From: a virus
Virus record (IMG/VR): IMGVR_UViG_3300021376_000037
Location: 1 to 64,000 of that record
Length of the DNA: 64,000 bases
Reading direction: 5' to 3' (one strand)
Each line of letters starts with the position of its first letter. Position 1 is the first letter of the stretch. The notes beneath the pieces were generated by a model. That model was not told where the DNA came from, ran no database searches, and saw only the letters and a program-made list of their open reading frames with translations. Shown here one piece after another: positions 54,901-64,000 of the stretch. The translations under genes were made by a program, and so were the position numbers.

Positions 54901-57900
54901 TTTATTGCTATAGAAAAAAGTATGGCTCAAGTTATAAATGATGAAATACTTGATTGGTTTGCTACTATAAAAGATTTTAATAACTTAATCGGAGATCCCT
55001 CAGAGAGATATCGTATTGAATATAACGGTCTTGCACACTTAAGAAAATTATTTTTCAGTAGAGTAAATAATGAACCAAGTTATGAAAAGTTTTTAGAATT
55101 TTATAAATGGATTGATTCTTCTATAACTGTTTTAATAAATCAAATATTACCAGCTAGTGCAAATATAACAGACAAAATTAGAAACGTAGTCGAAAGTCAC
55201 ATATTAGAAAGAAATAAATACGAAAATAAATTACCAACCTTAGAATTTAAAGGAAAAGTTAAGTCATATCCCGTTCAATCACATTTAGAATATAATTATG
55301 TGGAACAAGCAGCAGAATTATCTAGCTTATCTGAACAATTAAAAGTCAGCAGATACTATAATTTTAAGCCTATATGGTTAAAGAATAGGGTGGAAAGAAA
55401 CAACACCTTAGTTGATACGGATCTTTTACCACAAAATGATATAGATAGAGAAGTTCTAAGACAAATTATAAACAATAAAAATCTAGATTCTCCACCGACA
55501 GTATACTTGCCAAATGATATTACTGGTTATGAACATGATACATACAAAATTAGAACATTATCTAAAACATATAAATTAAATACAGATAAGTTAATAATTT
55601 GTGAAGATATAATAAAACCAATAAATATAGAAAATACAAAATTTACAGGACAGATACAATTTGCAGAAGACTTAGAAAATTCTGCTAGTTCTGATGTACT
55701 ACCTAAATCCTATAAGAAACAAGGAAATTTCTTAAATAATTATGAATACTTACAGACTTCTGGAAGAACTGAAAACAATAAATCATTTGTTTCTGCATCT
55801 GGAATTTTAACCAGTACTTCTTCTGTTAATGAACTAGGATATGCTGATAAAAGTTTAATACAAAGAGCTGCAAAAAAGAATGTATTTGTTGAAAGATTTA
55901 GTGCTCCCGGTGGCGCAGAAGTAAATAGTAGAGGTGCATTAGATAGAGATGCGGAAGAATATTCTGCTTACAATAACTTAAATTATAGAAATTTTAGAGT
56001 TAGAAAACAACTACATGCTTGGTTGGCGGAAAGCATGAGTATAAATCCAGTAAATCCTTCTTATCATAAAGTAAATAGAAACTTTGGTTATCTACCGGGA
56101 GAACCATATTATGAATATGTTGGAGGAAATTCTGGTAATGGACCAATTCCTACATATACTTTATCTTCGTCTGCTTATACATTAAATAATTTCATGGGTA
56201 TCCTTTATGATACAGGAGGTGTAGATCAAGATTATTTAATTTCAGAGCAAAAATATGTATTTATTGAACCACCGGGAGGTATAACTAAATTTACTATTAA
56301 TTCTTTCTCTACTGCTGATTTTAATGATAAATTAAAAATTTATTACAATCCCAATCCAGAAATAGAAGTTGAATTACCAAAGCCTCATGGCGCAGGCGGC
56401 AGCCAAGGTTGGTCTGATATTTCATTAGGATTAAATAATAACGCTCTTGCATTAGCTAAAATAGATAATAAAATATATGTTGCTGGCGATTTTGCGTTTA
56501 ATGGTAGCGAAGCAGTTAATTTAAATTCTATTGCTGTTTGGGAATCAGGTAGTAATTTAATGCCTCTAAGCGGTGGCGGTGTAGACACTGACGGAGGTGA
56601 AGAAATAAATTGCTTATATGTAAGTGGCACCGATATATACGTTGGAGGAAATTTTTATACAGTCGGTGTTGACCCATTAATTACAATCCAGCAGCCTTTA
56701 ACTGATTGGACCATTTTAACAGCTTCAACGGTATTTTCAGTAGAATATCCATATAAAATATTTTCTGTAAATGATACTTTATATGTTGCTGGATATTGTG
56801 ATACAACTTCTAAAAATGGTATTTCCTATTATAATGAAACATCCGGATGGCAAATTTTAACTTCTAGTGATGGATACTATATAAGCGGTACAATACACGC
56901 TATAGTAGTTAAAGATAATTATATTTATTATGCCGGTAACATAAGAAATGTTAATAATACATCTGATATCTTAGCTCAATCAAATATTGGTAGATATGAT
57001 CTGACAACTAATACTTATGAAACTCTAGGTACGCCACATATAGATATTACAGATTTTTCTTCTGGTTCTTATGTAAACTGCATGACCATTTCTGGTTCTG
57101 ATGTATATGTTGGATTATGGGATGCAAAAAATTATATAGTATGGAAATGGGATGGCTCTTCTTGGTCGGGCGTGGGAGATCAAATACTAAACTTTGTTCC
57201 TACCTATGCAAATGATATTCAATTTAGCGGTAGTGATATTTATCTTGGTGTAACATTTGAGGCTGGTTTATGGACTCTTTCTTCAAGTATTTGGATTCCA
57301 GTAGCAAATTATGACGGCTCATATGTTAAGCAAAATAATATAAACCCTAATTACAATAGTTCAACGGGTTTAGAAGCGTTAAAGGGTGAAAGTGGAGTAT
57401 CAACCGTAAGAAAAATTATTGTCAATGATGATGGAACTATAGATATATTTGGCGGTTTCAATAAATTAGCTGATAATAATGGAAATGCAATTTTAGAATT
57501 AAGCGGCGCAGCTAAAATATCATTTGATGTAACTGGTAGTATAGTTTTTAGTCAAATCGGTGATGGTTTGTTGGTATATGGTAGTCCCACATATGATACA
57601 AGATATGTACAACAAATACACGCGGCTCATTACAGTGGCAGTGACTTATATGTTGCAGGAGCATTTGACGATTATACAAGTTATAAGGTCTATAAATTAG
57701 TCGGAACGGCTTGGATACCACAACTTTCCAGTGATTATTCTTCTGGCGAAGGAGTAATTTATGATTTTACCTTTTTAGGAGAAAAAACTTATTTTGTCGG
57801 TAATGACTTATTAGATTCCATTAATAGTAATTACAATAACGTATTACAAACTGGTGGAACCATAACAGTTCCAACGCCAACTACATCAGTAAACAACATA

Positions 57901-60018
57901 GCTAAATACGATACTTTAACTGATGCTTGGTCTTCTTTGGGAGATGGATTACCAGATACGGTTTGGACAATTACTAAATTTAATGGTGAGATATATGCCG
58001 GATACGATGGAGAAGACGCATTAAGTGGTAATTATATATCTAAATTTAATGGAACATCTTGGGAACCTGTTGGCGTTGGAGATGAAATAAGTACATCTGT
58101 TTATGCTTTAGCGTCTTCAGGAAGTGACTTATATATTGGAGGTAATTTTTTCTTCCCCAAACCGGATGGAGATGAAAGAATAGCTGTATGGAATGGTACT
58201 TCTTGGAGAGGTTTTTTTGAAGGAGTTACATATCCTACTTCTTCCTATGTCTGGTATCACAACGGCGCTATAAGCGCTTTAGAAGTTTATGAAAATAAAT
58301 TATATATTGGTGGCGATTTCACCAATATGCGTACAGGCATCGGTGGAGAAGAGGTTTATAACCATATATGCGTTTTTGATACTGAAACCGGAATTGTATC
58401 TGCTTTAGGAAATGGTTTAAATGATATAGTGAAAACCATATTTGTTTCTGATAGCAATAATGTATATGCCGGTGGTTCTTTTACTGTCACTGGTAATTTT
58501 ATTTCTAAATGGAATGGAACAAATTGGTCACAGCTTGGAAATGATTTAATAACATCTGGCGGTAATTATGTAACTGATATTTTAGTTAGTGGTAATTGTA
58601 TATTTGTAGTTGGCGATTATACAACCAGTAGTTTATATAGCGCTTATGAACATGGCGTTGGTAGATATTGTGAAGTTCCAACATACACTTTATTAGCCGA
58701 ATTATCTGGTTCTGAGGGTCTAGATTATAGCTCTTCTTCTATTCAAACCATAAATACATTCCCGTATGATATAACGATACCAGAAGAAAATGGTAAATTT
58801 TTAATTTCTTGGGTTACAGATGAAGAGGATACAAATTCTGGTTTCTCTATTACTTGGAATGAAGATCAATATATAGCTCCCGTTCCACCAACACTAGTTT
58901 TAACTGCGGTAGCAAAATCAATAAAACACGATAACGAATATGTTGTACATCAAATACCAAGAAATGATATTCAATATGCTTGGATGACGGCATCCGCCGT
59001 TCCATCGTTATTGCCTTATGGATTTATCAACGGATATGCTAATCAATATTTTTCTACAATAAGCTTTTTATCAGGTAACCTTTCTGGCTCTCATATAATA
59101 GATTATGTTGGATTAAACAACGTTATATTTAAAAACGTTAACACCTCTTCTAATACGATATCACCAGATGGTAATGTTATTGACGTAAACGCATATATTT
59201 CTAATATCTATGGCCCTTATCAGGGTGCTTCTTGGAAGCAAATTAGAGGAACAGAAAATAAATTAGTAAATATTTCTAGAAAAAATAACCATATCCTAGT
59301 ACAAGATGTTCCTAAGATTAGAACTATAGTAAATAATGATCGTACTAAAACGACTACCATAGATAGCAGAAGCACAAATTTCACTTCCTATAAAGAACCG
59401 GCTGTTGACTATAATTATCCTATGGAACATAAGGTAATGATTAGTAGTTCATTGGACGGAATACAAAATATTAATATTGTTAACAGTTATGATAACAATA
59501 AAAATTTACTATCTAATATAGATTTAAGCTTAAGATTATCTGTATCGGAAAGACAGGAATTACAAACACACGATTTACTAAATAATTTATCTAAAGATAA
59601 CACTTATGATCCAAGTCCGGTTATAAATGAAGCTTCTTATATACAACAAGTATTTCCATCTAGAGAAACTGTAACTATTAAAGAAATAAGAGTAAAAGAT
59701 AATTATGATGATAATTTAGTTAATTCCTCCAGCGTGGCACATGTAAAAACATATTGGAAGGAAAACTATATTGACCGTAGAAGAATAGATGGAAGCAGTG
59801 ATCTATTTAGCTCTATAAGCTCATCTTATACCGCGTTAACTAATTTTACATCCTCTATTTTAGGAAAGTGTCCGGTTATTCATAATGTATCCGGAACACA
59901 CTATGCGTCTATTTATTCAATTGATAATTTAACTGGTTCTTTTAATGAATATAATAGTAATATTAGCGGTTCAATTGCAAGACCAATAATTCCGTGGGCA
60001 AGACGTTTTATTTTATAA
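51901..60018 (+). CDS. giant tail/baseplate protein with LamG, CUB-like and beta-propeller domains
   Basis: 2705 aa; TVEFW, WHHYAFT, YDELRFW LamG motifs; repeated LYVGGxF...IAxWxGxxW blades. Confidence 0.85.
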   Translation: MSLKNLFGKTSENIISNKELQKIYDDSESQQYVEQVIEEKNKFIPVVDFTSASNFARYGSAERYYVDALTNIYQNYPYDGSKKEKLEWRNRSTPFDLYVFDNLYPKTTGYVNLSANITLSSQIVDLVSYRSSSAPQYITVKGGPNPAIDGKFENSNIYDLKTNRECNLGITQQGNTVEFWFKDEYSSTGSLTNSRYALFDLWNGKAKSDNSYSRLLIENLNGTSFGVTYMSGSSGADRVSIEHSIDKNKWHHYAFTFKNNSQNNNNLDISLYVDGDLVKKITTTATGKINLANNSGMIANIGAYRTNIDANNNAWNGFGVSYGSYDELRFWKVARNSKQIFNSWHRSSGGGTNKDTANTNLGIYFKFNEGVIDENNINDLDKICLDYSGRLSNGVIVNYTAGCKNTSSAINEYFSKIIEEKEPIIFSSNPLVQQVIDEYSILGFQYDQTNPTSFYKSVPSWIVDETENKDYQDLNYLIQIISSYFDSLHLYIEKLPRIKDVEYLKSVDKQKTFTKNLLTSHGFEFSDIFSDASLYEELFSSTEKEDFSDKLYNVKNAIYQNIYNNLTFIYKSKGTEKSLRNLIRCFGVDDELVKINLYADNITYDLKDRYVPTAIKKKYINFNNTDKITGFIYQKQTPGNPTSKGFITGSTDEKLKFIPLTFETEVIFPKRNDVYSIDYFSAQYTDVSLFGVHTAKDDENDLSWGSDKFNFYVYATKIANDSPDVYFSLSGSFNGQQIYVTSSVYKNTYNNEKWNLSVRLYPDKLNNINLTSGSDEITKYYLDFVGYNVLGDDVNNNFIVSANILSGNYEEAIKQNKRLYVGAHYENFDGTTIKAYSDVKISNLRLWFDYLNNDELLSHALEVNTHGRQYPNWNPNYLNSIVNTFTSSYIISSQDTLVLDWTFEDVTSSDNNGQFYVKDFSSGSLDANYNYGLGWLADYLTNEYTAFGDKFFPNDLSTVENQYIYSLKKQQPETLNSNDLIDISPIDDFTRTKQSKPYTYFIAIEKSMAQVINDEILDWFATIKDFNNLIGDPSERYRIEYNGLAHLRKLFFSRVNNEPSYEKFLEFYKWIDSSITVLINQILPASANITDKIRNVVESHILERNKYENKLPTLEFKGKVKSYPVQSHLEYNYVEQAAELSSLSEQLKVSRYYNFKPIWLKNRVERNNTLVDTDLLPQNDIDREVLRQIINNKNLDSPPTVYLPNDITGYEHDTYKIRTLSKTYKLNTDKLIICEDIIKPINIENTKFTGQIQFAEDLENSASSDVLPKSYKKQGNFLNNYEYLQTSGRTENNKSFVSASGILTSTSSVNELGYADKSLIQRAAKKNVFVERFSAPGGAEVNSRGALDRDAEEYSAYNNLNYRNFRVRKQLHAWLAESMSINPVNPSYHKVNRNFGYLPGEPYYEYVGGNSGNGPIPTYTLSSSAYTLNNFMGILYDTGGVDQDYLISEQKYVFIEPPGGITKFTINSFSTADFNDKLKIYYNPNPEIEVELPKPHGAGGSQGWSDISLGLNNNALALAKIDNKIYVAGDFAFNGSEAVNLNSIAVWESGSNLMPLSGGGVDTDGGEEINCLYVSGTDIYVGGNFYTVGVDPLITIQQPLTDWTILTASTVFSVEYPYKIFSVNDTLYVAGYCDTTSKNGISYYNETSGWQILTSSDGYYISGTIHAIVVKDNYIYYAGNIRNVNNTSDILAQSNIGRYDLTTNTYETLGTPHIDITDFSSGSYVNCMTISGSDVYVGLWDAKNYIVWKWDGSSWSGVGDQILNFVPTYANDIQFSGSDIYLGVTFEAGLWTLSSSIWIPVANYDGSYVKQNNINPNYNSSTGLEALKGESGVSTVRKIIVNDDGTIDIFGGFNKLADNNGNAILELSGAAKISFDVTGSIVFSQIGDGLLVYGSPTYDTRYVQQIHAAHYSGSDLYVAGAFDDYTSYKVYKLVGTAWIPQLSSDYSSGEGVIYDFTFLGEKTYFVGNDLLDSINSNYNNVLQTGGTITVPTPTTSVNNIAKYDTLTDAWSSLGDGLPDTVWTITKFNGEIYAGYDGEDALSGNYISKFNGTSWEPVGVGDEISTSVYALASSGSDLYIGGNFFFPKPDGDERIAVWNGTSWRGFFEGVTYPTSSYVWYHNGAISALEVYENKLYIGGDFTNMRTGIGGEEVYNHICVFDTETGIVSALGNGLNDIVKTIFVSDSNNVYAGGSFTVTGNFISKWNGTNWSQLGNDLITSGGNYVTDILVSGNCIFVVGDYTTSSLYSAYEHGVGRYCEVPTYTLLAELSGSEGLDYSSSSIQTINTFPYDITIPEENGKFLISWVTDEEDTNSGFSITWNEDQYIAPVPPTLVLTAVAKSIKHDNEYVVHQIPRNDIQYAWMTASAVPSLLPYGFINGYANQYFSTISFLSGNLSGSHIIDYVGLNNVIFKNVNTSSNTISPDGNVIDVNAYISNIYGPYQGASWKQIRGTENKLVNISRKNNHILVQDVPKIRTIVNNDRTKTTTIDSRSTNFTSYKEPAVDYNYPMEHKVMISSSLDGIQNINIVNSYDNNKNLLSNIDLSLRLSVSERQELQTHDLLNNLSKDNTYDPSPVINEASYIQQVFPSRETVTIKEIRVKDNYDDNLVNSSSVAHVKTYWKENYIDRRRIDGSSDLFSSISSSYTALTNFTSSILGKCPVIHNVSGTHYASIYSIDNLTGSFNEYNSNISGSIARPIIPWARRFIL

Positions 60019-60058
60019 AATTTAACTTTTTTGATATAATATACTTTGGAGTTTAATA

Positions 60059-63000
60059 ATGCCATTATTTGATTTTAATTTTGATTTTGTTTATTCGAAT
60101 GATAATTTAAACATGACTATGAGTTATGGCGGCACGCAAAAAGGTGCCATATCTCCATATTCATTAGCAGAACACCGCTACTTTATAATGGAACCGCAAG
60201 ATTTTGGAAATGTTTCTTTAGAAATGGCGGCAAAATATGATGGTTCAAAAATTAGTAAGTATTCTCCAACTATTATCAATTATTATCCGGAAAGACAGTC
60301 TAACTTTACTGGCAGTAGTATAACAATTAATAATAGTATTTATATTGGATATAGTTTTAAATGGAATATGTTTGGATTACCCGGCTCATTACCTCCTTAT
60401 TATCATAAGTTTGCTTTTATTTCTGATTCTAGTTATAGTTTTATAAAATATAACTTTTTATTTAATAGTGGCGATTTTGATAATTGTAATATAAATAAAA
60501 TTATAGTATATAATAATACTATTTATGCATTTGGAGATTTTAATAAAGCCTCTTCTAGCTCCAGCTCTTTACCTCCTAATTATACGGCTTTAAATTCAAC
60601 GGCTACTAATGCTAGATACGCAGTAAAGAATAATATTAATGGAGGTTCATGGACGGAACTTAGCGGCGGCACTAATGCAGCCGTAAAAGATGCAGTGCTT
60701 ATTAACAATGAAGACTTATATATAGTAGGCAATTTTACACAAACGGGTCCAAATATAAATAATGCACGTTATATTGCTAAATATAATATTTCTTCCTCTG
60801 CTTGGATAAATATGTCTGGTGGTTTGAGTGGTGTTACTAATTGTATAATTGCAGCAGGAAATGATCTATATGTTGGTGGCTTGTTTGTTACTGGCTCTAG
60901 CTCTTTAGGAGGTGAAATTACTCTTAATAATATAGCTAAATGGAACACCATTTCTAAAACTTGGTCTTCTTTAGGCAATGGTTTAAATAATGAAGTAAAA
61001 TGTTTGTTTTATGATTCAGATACTACAAGATTGTATGCTGGTGGCAGTTTTACTACAGCCAGTTACGGTACAGCTAGTGTATTAGTAAATTATGTTGGCT
61101 ATTATTATAATAATGAATGGTATGCATTAGACGAAAATAAGTTATTAAATAATGAAGTTTTGAGCATAACTAAATTTGATGAAGATATATATTTAGGTGG
61201 TAATTTTACAAATACAATAAATTCAGACTATAATATTCCTTATTTAGCAAAATATACTGACAATTATTTATATGCCGTTGGAAAATCGGTAAATAATTCT
61301 GTTTATTCTTTCGCTACTGGCTCTAATAATCTTTATTTAGTTGGCGATTTTACTTCTACTTTTTTTGGTAAACAAACAATAACCACCAAAGATATTTATA
61401 TACCTTTTGAAGCTGCTAATTATGATTCTTATAGACTTGCTCCACGACCTCAATATGTATTTAATAATCATTTGCCAAGTTCAACTGGTTCTAGTAATTT
61501 TGGTGGTATGAAAATATTTGATTTAAATCCTAATAATCCATTAATACCAACTAAAACTTATAAATCAGAACCAGAAGCAATATTTGTTTTAAACGATGGT
61601 TATATTTATGAAACTGATAAATTATCAGGTAAAAAACCATTTTTTAATTCTTACGATGAATATTTTGAAGACTTAAAACCATTATCACAAAAATACTCAA
61701 TTATTCCTGAATTTCGTATGGAAAATGTAATTGATTATTATCTTAAAGAAAAAAATGGCGATTTTACTGCCGGTTTAACATCTAGTTATCTAAGTTTAGA
61801 TTCCAATGTTGATAATTTAGATGATATAAATTCCAACATAAATTTAACCAATCCTATTAAGACTTTTATTGAAGATGTAAATATACCATCTAGAGTTTCT
61901 AATTTGTCTATTACCGTTAACGGTTTAAAAAAATTATTACCTTATAATGGTTTCTATCCTCAACAAAGAGTAGCACAATTAGCTGATAAATTCATAAATT
62001 CTTTTATAGATACGACTAGTAAGTATTTATCAAACGATGGAATAGAGTACGACACAAATTTATCAAACGGAACTCCTAGAGATCAACAAATACTTACTTT
62101 ATTACAGCCGTTATTTGCTCCCGGCATATTAATGAACAGTATCAAATCGTCTATTGCGGTTGATTGGCCTGCATTTATTGGTAACTATGGCGCTTATAGC
62201 GGCTCAAAGCCTAATTTTTATGAAACTTATAATTTAACTTTAGCAGAAAATTCACCGTTCACGAATGGGTATAATACTTCTTATTGTTTATCTGCTGACA
62301 AATTTGATTTTAGATTCCCATTCGAATCTTTATTAGAATTTGACAAAATAATACCATCACAATTTAAGACAGGAAGTAATAATTTATATTACTTAGATCC
62401 CACGTACTATTCTACTGATGTAGTATCGGGCAGTGATAGACAGTATTTAAGGTATCCTTGCTATAACTTATCTACTGGATCATTAAAACCATTTAATTTT
62501 ATAAATAATACATATAAATTAAGTATGCATAATTTTTTAGCTGAAGTTCCCAATTTTTTCTTACAAAATGGATTAAATAATTTTATTTCTGAAAAAATAG
62601 ATACAGTTACCCCTTTATCTGGCGTGGCTTATATTTTAGATGTAAAACTATCAAGAAACCCTTCAGAATATAAAGAGTTTATTCAACATCCTTTATATGA
62701 ATCATTAAGAAATCTTTCTGATACTTTTATTTCTGGTACTTATTTACCTCCCGGTGCTGATTCTTTGTATGGACCACCTTGTAGATTTTTCCTAGATTTT
62801 TCTGCTATTGCTTCTGTAGCTCCAATAAATGAAATGATAAAATATAGTTTAGCAAATTATGAACTTAAATACTTAGATTCTCCTGCTTATGCTCCATATG
62901 TTCCTCCTTATTATTATGGAGAATCTGTGGCAAGAATAGTATTCTTACCTGACGAAAATAGACCATATACTTTACAAGAAATTCAGGAAAACGCAAAAAA

Positions 63001-64000
63001 GTATACATATTTTTTCAATACCGGCTCAGACACATTGTTTGATTATAAAAACTCTCTTTTTGGTTCTGAAAATCCGTCATCTAAATATAATACACTAGCT
63101 TATAAAGAAAGGATGAATTTATCTGCAAGTGTTAATCTTTTTTCAGAAACAGAAATACAAGATGTATCAATTGATGTGTCAACCGGAATACCAAAAGAAT
63201 CACTTAGCCCTAATAATAAAAAATATAGCTGGGTAATTCAAACTAAATTTGAAACTCCTTCTATTAACTTCGCTAAAGTAGGCAACTATAATAATTTAGG
63301 AATGAATTTTCTAGGTGGCACAAAATCAGATTATGTAGAAGGTATATATTCTAATTTATATAAAGGGCTTTGGACTTCTTACGGCAAACCTGTAACTGAA
63401 GATGAAGGAATAAAGTTATCTATTCTTCCTTTTGACTTTAATTTATATGTAAATGACGTTCCGACAGCTGCTCAAGCAGGAGCTACTGATGTGGCACATT
63501 TAACTGACTTAATAAACTTTGCAGATATAGCTGGCAATAATACAAGAACAATTGGTTTAATAGCAAATAAAAAAATAATTAAAGAAGGCGTTGTTGTTAT
63601 ACCATATATTATGACCGATCCTACTTACAATGAATCAGAATTTGCTTCATTAGCGCAGCCAATATTTGGAGAAAATGGTAATTACGTTAATTTATTTCCC
63701 TACAATACTCCTAGATATTTTAAAATAGATAAAAAAATAATATCTGATGCTTTAGGTTTAGGTAAGGCATTTGAAACTGCTACTTTTGAAGAAATCAAAA
63801 AGCAAGTTAATTCTAATAAGGTAAATCCAAACAACTCAATTATTAAAACGATAAAAGCAATGACAGAATTTGTCATTCCTCCACATTTAAATTGGGTAAA
63901 AAATACAAATCTAGAACCCTTTGTAATGTATATTTTTCCATTTTCTTCAGAACTAGATACTGACGATTTATCAGATATTTGGCAAGGAGTAATGCCAAAG
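60059..64000 (+). CDS. large tail/baseplate protein with beta-propeller repeats (partial, runs off window)
   Basis: GGAG SD + ATG60059; frame open where spot-checked up to the end (..DDLSDIWQGVMPK); LYVGG...NIAKW repeats; absent from ORF track, consistent with no stop in window. Confidence 0.85.
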   Translation, partial: MPLFDFNFDFVYSNDNLNMTMSYGGTQKGAISPYSLAEHRYFIMEPQDFGNVSLEMAAKYDGSKISKYSPTIINYYPERQSNFTGSSITINNSIYIGYSFKWNMFGLPGSLPPYYHKFAFISDSSYSFIKYNFLFNSGDFDNCNINKIIVYNNTIYAFGDFNKASSSSSSLPPNYTALNSTATNARYAVKNNINGGSWTELSGGTNAAVKDAVLINNEDLYIVGNFTQTGPNINNARYIAKYNISSSAWINMSGGLSGVTNCIIAAGNDLYVGGLFVTGSSSLGGEITLNNIAKWNTISKTWSSLGNGLNNEVKCLFYDSDTTRLYAGGSFTTASYGTASVLVNYVGYYYNNEWYALDENKLLNNEVLSITKFDEDIYLGGNFTNTINSDYNIPYLAKYTDNYLYAVGKSVNNSVYSFATGSNNLYLVGDFTSTFFGKQTITTKDIYIPFEAANYDSYRLAPRPQYVFNNHLPSSTGSSNFGGMKIFDLNPNNPLIPTKTYKSEPEAIFVLNDGYIYETDKLSGKKPFFNSYDEYFEDLKPLSQKYSIIPEFRMENVIDYYLKEKNGDFTAGLTSSYLSLDSNVDNLDDINSNINLTNPIKTFIEDVNIPSRVSNLSITVNGLKKLLPYNGFYPQQRVAQLADKFINSFIDTTSKYLSNDGIEYDTNLSNGTPRDQQILTLLQPLFAPGILMNSIKSSIAVDWPAFIGNYGAYSGSKPNFYETYNLTLAENSPFTNGYNTSYCLSADKFDFRFPFESLLEFDKIIPSQFKTGSNNLYYLDPTYYSTDVVSGSDRQYLRYPCYNLSTGSLKPFNFINNTYKLSMHNFLAEVPNFFLQNGLNNFISEKIDTVTPLSGVAYILDVKLSRNPSEYKEFIQHPLYESLRNLSDTFISGTYLPPGADSLYGPPCRFFLDFSAIASVAPINEMIKYSLANYELKYLDSPAYAPYVPPYYYGESVARIVFLPDENRPYTLQEIQENAKKYTYFFNTGSDTLFDYKNSLFGSENPSSKYNTLAYKERMNLSASVNLFSETEIQDVSIDVSTGIPKESLSPNNKKYSWVIQTKFETPSINFAKVGNYNNLGMNFLGGTKSDYVEGIYSNLYKGLWTSYGKPVTEDEGIKLSILPFDFNLYVNDVPTAAQAGATDVAHLTDLINFADIAGNNTRTIGLIANKKIIKEGVVVIPYIMTDPTYNESEFASLAQPIFGENGNYVNLFPYNTPRYFKIDKKIISDALGLGKAFETATFEEIKKQVNSNKVNPNNSIIKTIKAMTEFVIPPHLNWVKNTNLEPFVMYIFPFSSELDTDDLSDIWQGVMPK

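Noticed and set aside
60018-64000. Apparent 4-kb ORF-free region suggesting stop-codon recoding
   Set aside because: a + frame from ATG60059 reads as continuous protein to the window end; known genes elsewhere terminate normally at TAG/TGA and no suppressor tRNA was seen

Overview
64-kb segment of a large lytic tailed phage (jumbo myovirus-like, standard genetic code), almost entirely on the + strand. (1) ~1-8.6 kb is a visibly GC-richer early/host-takeover region. It is built from five ~1.1-1.2-kb units, each opening with a TGTAAA-N5-TTTACA + CCCGGCCC element and carrying two sigma70-type promoters with a GTCAC-N6-GTGAC palindrome centred near -61.5; seven of the ten promoters give leaderless mRNAs. 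(2) ~8.7-29 kb is AT-rich and accessory: small 'IGDLV' paralogs, SLT and GH19 muramidases, HNH, DEDDh exonuclease, ClpP, trypsin-like lipoprotein, SpoU/TrmH methyltransferase, PIN-PhoH, a PD-(D/E)XK nuclease and six tRNAs. At the end of the tRNA array lies a ~317-nt structured RNA that reproduces the uL11-binding GTPase-associated centre (H43/H44) of 23S rRNA, split by a ~245-nt insert. (3) ~29-38.5 kb is a glycosylation cluster (gmd, six glycosyltransferases, TylF-like methyltransferase, glf, epimerase). (4) ~39-64 kb holds a late sigma factor and a baseplate/tail module (gp25-like, gp6-like, giant LamG/CUB/beta-propeller proteins; the last ORF runs off the window). The best candidates for a new system are the 23S-GAC-mimic RNA and the periodic operator/leaderless-promoter array. 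All family assignments are from motif recognition by eye; no searches were run.
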